Shown here: piece after piece, positions 24,896 through 35,558 of the stretch
How the letters are laid out: each line of letters opens with the position of its first letter
How positions within the stretch are numbered: the first letter of the stretch is position 1
Origin: Marsupella aquatica
Taxonomy: Eukaryota; Plantae; Marchantiophyta
Direction of reading: 5' to 3'
Assembly: GCA_973895155.1 (NCBI GenBank)
Contig: OZ316892.1
Coordinates: forward strand, 24,947,233 to 25,011,232
Length of the DNA: 64,000 nucleotides
The notes under the pieces: model-generated
The model's database searches: none
Told to the model about the DNA's origin: nothing
The model's input: only the letters and a program-made list of their open reading frames with translations
Translations under genes and position numbers: made by a program

Positions 24896-27800
24896 GCACA
24901 CTCAGACCCTACATCAGATTGTGAAACAAGAAGGAATAACAGGGTTCAGCATGACACAAAAGAATGAGGGTGCAGCATAAAATATGACATGTAACCACAA
25001 GGGTGCAGCATAAACCAATGCTTTATGGATGGCAAAGCACTAGGACTGAGTAGCGCAAATAACCTTGGCCTATGATTGGAAGCAATCACAAATATTGCAA
25101 CCTGTATGCCTTTGCCTGCTGTCCAGCAGTGCTCACTCACCTTGCCTTTTTAAAATCTGTAAGGGCAACACAAAACAAATAGCAGTTGAGTTTCAGCAAA
25201 GCCATTGGTTCTCAAGTTTTAAAATGGACAGACTTGTTTCATTGCCTGCCTTGTGCGCAGCAGGCTAAGACCGATCAGGGCAAATTTATATATTCAAGTA
25301 GTGAGAGCTACAAATTTAAATTTGCTGGGACAGTTTTCCAGTTCTGGATCCTGCTGCGCTTTATATACAGCAACAACCTGAATTCGTTTTTTATAGACCA
25401 GCTTTTGACCACGGCTACGACTTCAAAACAATCACACAATCAAATCATGACAAATGATAAATGCAGCAACTAGCATAGGAGAAAACTTTTGGCATCAGCC
25501 CCATAAACACCAAATGTTGCCAATGCTAACACGATGAAATACTGGAAGAGATAGAAAAAGATACAGCAGCATTTGAGGCAATAATTGCCAGACGACAAAA
25601 AGACAACACAATAACTTATCAAAACTGAACACAGCAGACACAAAAAATTGATGCTAAGGAGGAACTACAGGAGACATACACAAAGTGGGCGCAGTTACAT
25701 CCATAGGATGGCATTCACCATGGGTTGGTTGGCTACATTTAATCACGAGCACATTTTACCAGACAGAGGCCCAGGTCCCTGTTTACTCTTCTCGTACGAT
25801 GGCATTATGTTCCACAGGTCCCTGAAGTGCTCATTAGTGATCTATGAGGTATAATCATCTCTCTTGCTTGGACTGTAGGCAATATATTGATTGGAATGAT
25901 GACTGCGTTGCTAAGGAAGGGAGATCCTCAGACCACAGCAGAAGTTTAATGTTCCACTATAACAAAATCAGTCAGCAGGCAAATTGTCTCTTGGCAATCA
26001 AAAATCAATAGCAGACAGAAAGGAACACGGTCATTTGGAGACTGTAAGCTTTATTTTCTTTTTGCAATTATAAGCTTGAATGAGGTGTATGGTGTTCAAT
26101 TGTTCTGTAGGGCAGTCCTCGCTTGCCACGAATAGTTTTTAAGATTGATTACATTCAATCTATCTGGATCCTTTAAGACAACACATATATTGCAGGCACA
26201 TGTAAAGCTCCATGAACATTGAGACAAGGTCGGAAAGAGGGTCCAGGTTGTGATTAAGACAAAAGAAATAGAGAGAAACCCCAACTCCAACCATCGCATG
26301 ATCACACATGCGCTTACCCTTAAAGCCCGAACTTGCTCCCACAAATGTAAGTCCTTAGTTCCTCCCACCACCGTCCGACAATGGCTGTTGCATTGCAAAG
26401 ACAGTGCAACGAAGCTCCCACTTCCAACAATGGACAGCTACCGCAGCTCCTCAGCTCCCACAGCTCCTCAGCTCCCGCAGCTCCTCAACTCCCGTAACTC
26501 CTCCACTATGGAACCTCCTATAGTTGATTGCCGATTGCAGCTCGTCCTCACCCGCTCCTCACCACTCCTCCCACTCCTCAATCACCAGTAGCTTGTTGCC
26601 GATTGCAGGTTGTCACGGATTGCCTTGAGCCCTTGAACTCCCGCAGCTCCTCCCTGACGGCAGCTCAGTGATAATCTTAGCTGCGCAACCCAAGCCTTGA
26701 GCACGCCTCATACCTCATCTGACCAAGCTACCAAGGCACAATGCAGCCAGGAGCGATGGCTATGTAATCCGCGTGAGGAGGCCCTCGACGCTGCACAACC
26801 CTCACCAATGTGCCAAGCACCCTGAAGCAGAGAGCGCTCAGTAACGTGGTGTGCCAAGAAAGCCAAACATTGAACGTCAAGTCTTGACGGAAGCATAGAG
26901 GGGAGGGAGCAGGCGCATGTGCAAGTAGAAGGAACAAACAACGGATGTGCTCATGATGATAACCTAGGCACTCGGGACCGCGCGCAAAACTCCCCTACGT
27001 TGAACTCCCCACCTCCCAGCAACGAGACCTCACCTCTGCTCAGCTCACCTTTGGGAAAAAATCAAGCTACAACCGGAAATGTAGCAGCAAATGTGGAGCA
27101 GACAAACGACACAGCACAAAATATGGCAAGCAAAGGATCACAATAGCGTATTGGAGCATTACCTGCGACTTCCGCCGTGAACTTGCAAGCAGCAGCTTGC
27201 GCTCTGTTGCCCCCCACACACTGAAAAAAGCGCAGGCTCCCAGGGCAGGCTCATAGTGAAAAGAGTCGCAGCCCCAATCGAAGCTCCTCCCCAACCACCC
27301 TTCTTCGACCGCGCAGCACACTTCTCCGCCAACTTGCAGCACAATGAACATAAATGGCAACTAAAAAACCCTTGCAGCCCGAATGGGTCGGAGCTCCACG
27401 GAGGCTTGCAATGTGCACACAAAGGCGCTCCAAGAAATGAGCACATTCAACAAATGACTCTCGATGTTTTTTCAGGAAAGAGGGCTCCTGCAAATACGGG
27501 AAAACACCTGTGCGAGAGAAAGCATACCGTTGGATTGGCCTCGTCCGCTTCGTTCAAATGACCCAAAACATACACCCTTTTTCTTGCTCCTTACTTCACA
27601 CAAGAAGTGAAGTCCACCCCCCCCCCCCCCCCCATAAGGCCCTAGGGAAGGCAAGGTTAAATATAATTTCAGGCTCCCCCAAAAGGCCAACACACTTACC
27701 AAACCCCATAAGGCCAAGGCACTTACCAACATGAATGACTTAACATCAATGGTCCCTTGCAAGTGCCAAGATGAGTAAAGTGTCCCTATCTATACACCAA

Positions 27801-28099
27801 TTTGGGCACTTTCCTTGAAACAAAACGGTTAAGAATGTTAAGGACCAATGTTATATAATAAAAAGGACCAATGTTATATAAGAATGTTAAGGACCAATGT
27901 TATATATAAAAAAGGACGCCCATGATATAAAAGGTCCATTTGGACCAAGGGAAAACCTATTTGGACCCTAAACCCATAACCCACCCCTCATTTAAACAAA
28001 TTAATCCTTCATGGGAGGTGAGGATGTTGTGCATTACACTAGTGTAATTAACTATGCAACGGCCATGTTTTTTGGGTGATAGGTTATGTCCGGAGTCAT

Positions 28100-31000
28100 A
28101 TATGCTGCATCAATGACCTCCAATATGACAAGATTAATGGCTTCCAATATGACCGCATGAATGACCCTAAACTTTTAGTCATTGAGATTGACGCACCATT
28201 TAACTCACAAATGACTCAATGAGCTCCCTTGTAACTCCAAGGAGAACCCCCCCAATATGCTTTGAAATGACCACATTTCCTGTCATTTGGTACTTTTGAC
28301 CTCTAGTATGACAGCCAAGATGACCCTAATTTGAGGTGTTTTCATTAAGGACACACCATTGTTCCAAAATGACCCAATGAAGATTTCACTACCTCTAGGA
28401 GTGCCCCCTTACAATTCCTTTGCAATTTAATAGAAAATACCCTAAATCCAAATATCGGCAAAAACATGACATACATATATAGAAGGACAATAGCCTTCCA
28501 CTAGTATTGCACTATATACCTCTTGGAGAGACAAAAACAATATTTCTTTGCCTTTGTATAGGATGGTATGCGTGATGGTGACACTTTTGGCAAATCACTC
28601 CAAAGTTGTATGACTTGGGAGTGATTTTCCCAAAGTTCCATCATGCCTTAACAATACGCAAAAACACGACATCAAAGTGCTAATAGTGCAACTAGTGGTT
28701 GGAGAATAGTAAATATAGTATTTGGCACCTAGTGGAGGGGTTGCGAGCTCTATGTGGGGCCACATGGCACTCTAGGGCCCACCTTCAGCCCTTAGCCCCA
28801 AATTGGTCATTTATGCTTGTCTTCAATGACTGCACTAGGGACACCTCAAATGACCACAAATCCAGTCATTTGACTTATGTGACAGTCCATATGACATATG
28901 TAATGACCCTATTTGTGGTCATTGGAACTTATGACACAACTTTGTGCAAAAATGACCCAATGAAGGTCAATGACCCAATGAAGAATTCCTATACCTTTAA
29001 CCAGCACACACACCATAGAGGGAAGCACCACTACCACGCCCATTCCATTGGTGTTGCACTACCTCTTGGAGGAACAAACAAATGGCTCCATTTGCCTTTG
29101 GAACATAACATATTCATCCATGATGATGCTTTTGGAAAATCACTCCAATGTTGTATGACTTGGGAGTGATTTCCCCAAGGTTGCATCATCCCTTAAGTAA
29201 TTGCGAAAACATGGCTCCAAAGTGCTCATGGTGCAACTAGTGGTTGGAGAATAGTAAGTATAGTGTCCCGCACCTATTGGAAAGGTTGCCAGCTCCATGT
29301 AGGGCCCCATGGCAGTCTAGGGCCCACTTGCAGCCCTTATCCCCAAACTGGTCATTTAGGTTGGTCCATAATGATACCACGAGGGACCTCTGTAATGACA
29401 AGGTATGCAATCATTAGATCCAAATGACTGCCAATATGACTGCCAAAATGACCCATATGGTAGTCATTGGCTTTAATGACACACCATTCCTCCAAAATGA
29501 CCCAGTGAAGATTACACTACCTATCGGAGTGGCCCCTGGCAAATCCTTAGCAATTTAATAGAATATTCCTCACCCAAACGCCAGCACAAACATGACATAG
29601 TTCAATCGAAGGACAACAACCTTCCACTGGTTTTGCGCTTACTCTTAGAGAACAAGAAATCAACTATTATTTAACTTTGAATGTGGTGGTATACATCCAT
29701 GGTGACACTTTTGGCAAATCACTCCAAAGCCGTATGCCTTGGGAGTGATTTCCCCAAGGTTCCATCATGATTTAACAAAATGCAAAAACATGGCTCCAAA
29801 GTGTTCATGGTGCAACTAGTGGTTGGAGAATAGTGGGTATAGTACCCCGCACCTAGTGGAGAGGTTGCCACCTTCATGTAGGGCCCCATGGCACACTAGG
29901 GCCACCTTAAGCTCCTAGACTCAAAATGGTCATTTCTGATGGTCCATAATGACACCATGAGGGACCTCTATAATGACCCCATATGCAGTCATTGTGCACA
30001 AATGACTTCCAAAATGACTGCAAAATGACCCTTACTGCAGTCTTTGGCATTAATGACACACTATTCCTCCAAAATGACCCAATGAAGATTACAACACCTA
30101 CTCACAATGCCCCGACACTATTCATATGCAAAATGGAGTATTCCCCATCCAAACACTGGCACCAACATGACACAATTATATCACAGGATGACAACCTTCC
30201 ATTGGTGTTGCACTACTTCTTGGAGAGACAAAAAAGGGCTTCATTTGCCTTCGGCACCGATGGTATGCATCCATGGAGACACTTTTAGCAAATCACTCCA
30301 AAGTCGTATGACTTGGGAGTGATTTCCCCAAAGGTGCATCATGCCTTAAGTAAACGCAAAAACATGTGTCCAAAGTGTTCATGGCACAACTAGTGGTTGG
30401 ACAATGATGAGTATAGTGTCCCGCACCTAGTAGAGGGGTTCTCAGCTCTATGTGGGGCCCCATGGCACTCTAGGGCCCACCTCCAGCCCCTAGCCCCAAA
30501 CTGGTCATTTGTGCTTCTACTTAATGACTGCACAAGGGACCCCTCAAATGACCACAAATCCAGTCATTTGACTTATGTGACAGCCCATATGACAGATTTA
30601 ATGACCCTACTTGTAGATATTGGTATTTATGACACCAATTTTTTCAGAAATGACTCAATGAAGATTACACTACCTCCTTGAGTGCCCCGTCACTATTCAT
30701 TTGCAAAATAGAATATTCCCCATCCAAGCACCGGCACAAACATGACACGATTACATGGAAGGACAACCGCCTTGCACTACTTCTTGCAGAGACAAAAAAA
30801 ATGGCTTCATTTCTTTTTAGATAGGATGGTATGCATCAATGGTGACACTTTTGGCAAATCACTCCAAAGTCGTATGACTTGGGAGTGATTTCCCCAAGAT
30901 TATATCATCCCTTAAGTAAACACAAAAACATGGCTCCAAACTGCTAATGGTGCAACTAGTGGTTGGAGAATAGTAAATATAGTATTTGACACCTAGTGGA

Positions 31001-32340
31001 GGGGTTGCGAGCTCTATGTGGGGCCACATGGCACTCTAGGGCCCACCTCCAGCCCTTAGCTCCAAATTGGTCATTCATGCTTGTCTTCAATGACTGCACT
31101 AGAGACCCCTCAAATGACAACAAGTCCAGTCATTTGAATTATATGACATCCCATATGACCATTTCAATGACCCTACTTGAGGTCATTGGCACTTATGACA
31201 TGACTTTGTTAAAAAATGACCCAATGAAGGTCCTAGTACTGCCAAAGAGAGCCCGCTGTACATTCCTTGCAAAAATGGAATATTCGTATACCTTTAAACA
31301 TCAGGCACATCATAGAGGGAAGCACCACTGCCATGCCCATTCCATTGGTGTTGCGCTACGTCTTGCTGAGACAAAAAGGGCTTCATTTGCGTTTGGAACG
31401 ATGGTATGCATCCATGGTGATACTTTTGGCAAATCACTCCAAAGTCGTATGACTTGGGAGTGATTTCCCCAAAGGTGCATCGTGCCTTAAGTAAACGCAA
31501 AAACATGTGTCCAAAGTGTTTATGTCGCAACTAGTGGTTGGACAATGATGAGTATAGTGTCCCGCACCTAGTAGAGGGGTTCGCAGCTCTATGTGGGGCC
31601 CCATGGCACTCTAGGGCCCACCTCCAGCCCCTAGCCCCAAACTGGTCATTTGTGCTTTTGCTTACTGACTACACAAGGGACCCCCCAAATGACCACAACT
31701 GCAGTCATTAGATTTATATGACTGCCCATATGACAGATTTAATGACCCTACTTGTAGTCATCGGCATTTATGACGGTCCATTGCTCACATATGACCCAAT
31801 AAAGGCCCTAGTACCTCCAAAGAGAGCCCGCTTTAGATTCCTTGCAGGTTGGAATATTCCTCTTCCCTAAACCCGCACCCACACCATACAGAGAAGCACG
31901 ACTCCCCTGCCCATTCCATTGGTGCAGCACTACCTCTTGGAGAACCCAAAAACAACTTTTATTTGCCTTTGGATGTGATGGTATGCATCCATGGTGACAC
32001 TTTTGGCAAATCACTCCAAAGTCGTACGACTTGGGAGTGATTTCCCCAAAGGTGCATCATGCCTTAAGTAAACGCAAAAACATGTGTTCAAATTGCTAAT
32101 GCCGCAACTAGTGGTTGGACAATGATGAGTATAGTATCCCGCACCAAGTGGAGGGGTTCTCACCTCTATGTAGGGCCCATGACACACTCGGGCCCACCTT
32201 AAGCTCGTAGACCAAAAATGGTCATTTATGCTGGTCCATAATGACACCATGAGGGATGTCTTGAATGACAACTTATATAGTCATTTGGTCAAAATGACCT
32301 CTAATATGACGACTGACATTACCCTTATTGTAGTCATTGG
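28100..32340. repeat. Tandem satellite, ~575-bp unit, about 7 copies, inside the CACTA subterminal region
   Basis: GACACTTTTGGCAAATCACTCCAAAG-like marker near 28577, 29121, 29701, 30276, 30841, 31416 and 31994. Confidence 0.92.
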
Positions 32341-32438
32341 CATTCTTCAATGACTCTACAATTATGACCGGTGTCTGGAATGACTATTGAGTATTTTAAT
32401 CTTGATATCTCTTGGGTTCTTTAATGACTCTATAAGTA

Positions 32439-32777
32439 GTCATTTATGCAATAAGTCCATAATGACTGTATGTTATTGTAAACATTGATATATCATGATT
32501 TTTAGATTGACCTTATATTTAGTCATTTATGCGACAAGTCCATAATGACTGTATGTTATTGTAAACATTGATATATCATGATTTTTAGATTGACCTTATA
32601 TTTAGTCATTTATGCGACAAGTCCATAATGACAGTATGTTATTGTAAACATTGATATATCCTAATTTCAAGATTGACCCTAGATTTAATCATTTATGAGA
32701 GAAGTCCATAATGACGGTATGTTGTTGTAAACACTGATATATTCTTATTTTCAAATTGACCCTAGATTTTGTCATTT
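32439..32777. repeat. 83-bp tandem repeat x4 (CACTA subterminal)
   Basis: GTCATTTATGC...AAGTCCATAATGAC.GTATGTT units at 32439, 32522, 32605 and 32688. Confidence 0.92.
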
Positions 32778-33166
32778 AACACTGTTGGTTAAAATGACGG
32801 AAATACATTTTTGTCATTTATCACCGTTATCCAAAATGACCCAAATAGATTTTTGGTCATTTCATTCATTGTCCAAAGTGACTATAATGGTGCTAAACAT
32901 TGATTTATCATTGTTGTTATTTATTGGGTCATTTAGGACATGTGTCTAAATTGACCATTTTAGGAAAATTGTGTCATTTTGGTCGCAGCTGTCATTACAG
33001 ACATACAAAATGACACAAAAGTTATCATTTTGTCATTTCAGTCTATTGGTCATTGTGGACAGTCATTCTCTAGTCATTCTTTTTGTGTCATTAGAAATTT
33101 TGGTCATTGATTCATTTCCGTCATTGGGTGATTGATCATAAAGGGCCCTATTTTCTTCTAGTGAAA

Positions 33167-33989
33167 GGGGGGATGCACGTCGGTAGACAAAGCTTCCTCA
33201 GTCTTTTACATGTCAGAGACAGTTGAGACTGCCTCTATGAACCCGGTTCAGACAAACCCTGATGTGGGTAAGTCGGCAGAATCAGGTAGTGATGCAGGAG
33301 GGATGACAGGTACCTTGATGGGGGCGGCTACTGCCATGGTACGCACCCCATTATTTTCAGCGACAAACATGCTGAACCTAGGAGTTGGTTCTGCATAAGT
33401 GTTCAGATTGGCAGCTACTCTCTGTGAGGACACTCCAGTGGTTGCTTCCCATGCAGAAGCAGCTTGCAGTGTTGAAGCAGTGAAGACCATGCCACCTATT
33501 GCTACTAGTGAGACATGGCATGCAGCAGCAGCAAGGTTGGTGGATTTACCAGCACGCCCTGCATTTGAGAGGACTAGGTTTAAACCTAGTGTTGTGTCAT
33601 TGGATAATCAAAGTGGTATCTTCCAATTAGTTGGGCCTTCTAGGGCAGTATACCAGCCAAAGAGAGTGTTACTGGATACTGGTGCTCAGCCCTTGATGTT
33701 GGGTAAGTCTACCATACGTGGATTGGGATTGCGTCCAGAGGATTTGGAGGATTGTCCCTTTCCCATTCAGACTTCATTGGGGGGACCTACACCTACACAT
33801 CACATTACTAGGAGACCTCTTGATTTGAGGATTCAGGAAGGTCATACCACAGATAGCTCACAGATACAGGCGCGAGCTATTCTGACTAAGGTAGAGTCAT
33901 ATGATGTGTTGGTGGGATGTACAGTGCTCTACCCCATGGGATTTATTCTTGATTTTTGGGAGGAATCAGTGTCATATAGACCTGATTGA
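33167..33989 (+). pseudogene. Gypsy aspartic protease region
   Basis: VLLDTGAQP catalytic motif and YDVLVG; in-frame stops at 33396 and 33987. Confidence 0.85.
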
Positions 33990-34374
33990 CAGTCAGGAGA
34001 TGCTCGATTGAGCAAATTGCCAGTGAAATTTAGTGGACCTATGGAAGGCCCTAAATCCACACCATTGTCTTTGGCAGTATTAGTGGTCTAATTGCTGGAC
34101 CTAATGATTTGATTGAGGGTAATGCGCATGCAGCAGATGTTCCACCATTGGAGGAGTCTCATGAGGAGCACATCATGCAAGAATTACCTGTTGGCAGTGT
34201 TGTGCCACCAGTGTGGGGCACTGCACAGGCCTTGCCATAGGCAGCTGCATGATTGGTACATGATGCATGGCGTCATGCTTTTACATCACAGTCAGGACCA
34301 GAGCAGTCTCTTGCAGATGGACCTGTGACTCTTTCACCATTGGATACCACTCCTATTGCTTGGCAATATCCACT

Positions 34375-35330
34375 GGAGGGTATTTGTTTGTTGGATCTTT
34401 TTGGTGGGATTAGCACTAAATTGGCTGCTGTTCTTCAGGCAGGAATTCTTGTGCGTCGTTATTTGTATGTGGAGACAGATGAGACAACACGGAGGGTCTC
34501 ATTGCGACATGTGGCTATGTTGGTGGATAGATATCCACAGTTGCTGCCAATGGATGCTGTTCGTGGTTATCAGCATGCACTACCTGCTGATATTTCATTG
34601 CTGGGGGCGGATCATCTGCATTGTGTTGGCCCCATTGATTTGGTGATTGCTGGTTGGCCATGTTAGGGCCAATCTAGAGCTAGAGTTGGGCATGGACTTC
34701 ATGATCCATGCTCTGTATTGTTTTGGGAGATGTTACGGGTGTTGCGTTATCTCCAGCTACATCAGACAGTCTCCAACATACATTTTGGAGAATGTGCCAT
34801 TGTTAGGTGATGATCGTAGTTGGATTGTTGCCAGTGTTCACCAGGTGAGGTCTTGGATTGGACCTACTGTGTTATTGGATGCTGCACGTGTGGGTTCTCG
34901 TGCACATCGTCCACGCTTGTGGTGGACCAATTTGATCCCATGTGAGGTGTTGAAGCGCGCATTTGATAACATTCCACGCTCACCAGCCTTAGTGGTGGAT
35001 GATATTTTGGATCCAGGGCGTCGTGCACAGGGTGTGACCCAACCTGATAGACCTCCATTGGCAGTGGTCAATGCAATTGGGCGCCCACATTGTGCATTAC
35101 CCACTCTTGTAAGCCACTCTGCTTCATATGCATTCAGAGCAGGTGGCCCTGGACTTGTGTGGGACACAGCTCTCCAACAATTAGTGGAGCCTACTGTTGA
35201 TGAGAGAGAGCGTGCTATGGGATTTTTGACTGACACCACTGCAGTTGCCTCTATGTCAGAGGGTTTGCGGCGCCAGGTTCTTGGTCAAGCAATGGATCTG
35301 AATTGTTTGACTTGGATTATCAGCTTGGGA
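34375..35330 (+). pseudogene. C5-cytosine DNA methyltransferase domain (DNMT3-like) within the Gypsy pol polyprotein
   Basis: Motif I LLDLFGGIS, II YLYVE, III DI, IV DLVIAGWPC*G (CAG>TAG), GLHDPCSVLFWE, VI YILENV, VIII AHRPRLWWTN, IX ERERAMGF, X RRQVLGQAM. One frameshift near 34770. Confidence 0.9.
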
Positions 35331-35558
35331 GTAGCTGAACAGTTGTGGATGCACTCTGCTAGAATTACTGATTGTCCCTTGGTGAGCTTGCGATCCACTG
35401 AGATAGTACTGACCACAGTTGGGGGCGAGCAGACCTATGGACCTATGGCAGGATTGGCCAAGGCTGGACAGATTGTTGAGCAAGAAGGGACTGCTCAATC
35501 TACTGCTAAATAGCAATCATCGGCTATCTCTTCTACCCTACAAAGAGATATTAGGGAT

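Larger units (their letters stand above)
15480..33163 (-). mobile_element. CACTA (En/Spm) DNA transposon, 17.7 kb
   Basis: TIRs CACTAGTAGAAAA / TTTTCTTCTAGTG (12/13 match) and 3-bp TSD AAA (15477-15479, 33164-33166). Removal restores the Gypsy reading frame. Confidence 0.95.

Noticed and set aside
28699-32271. Family of similar ORFs (WHSRAHLQPLAPNW...)
   Set aside because: They are translations of satellite units; frames and stops are not conserved between units.
32439-32777. CRISPR-like array
   Set aside because: 83-bp units are near-identical throughout, there are no spacers or cas genes, and the context is a eukaryotic transposon end.
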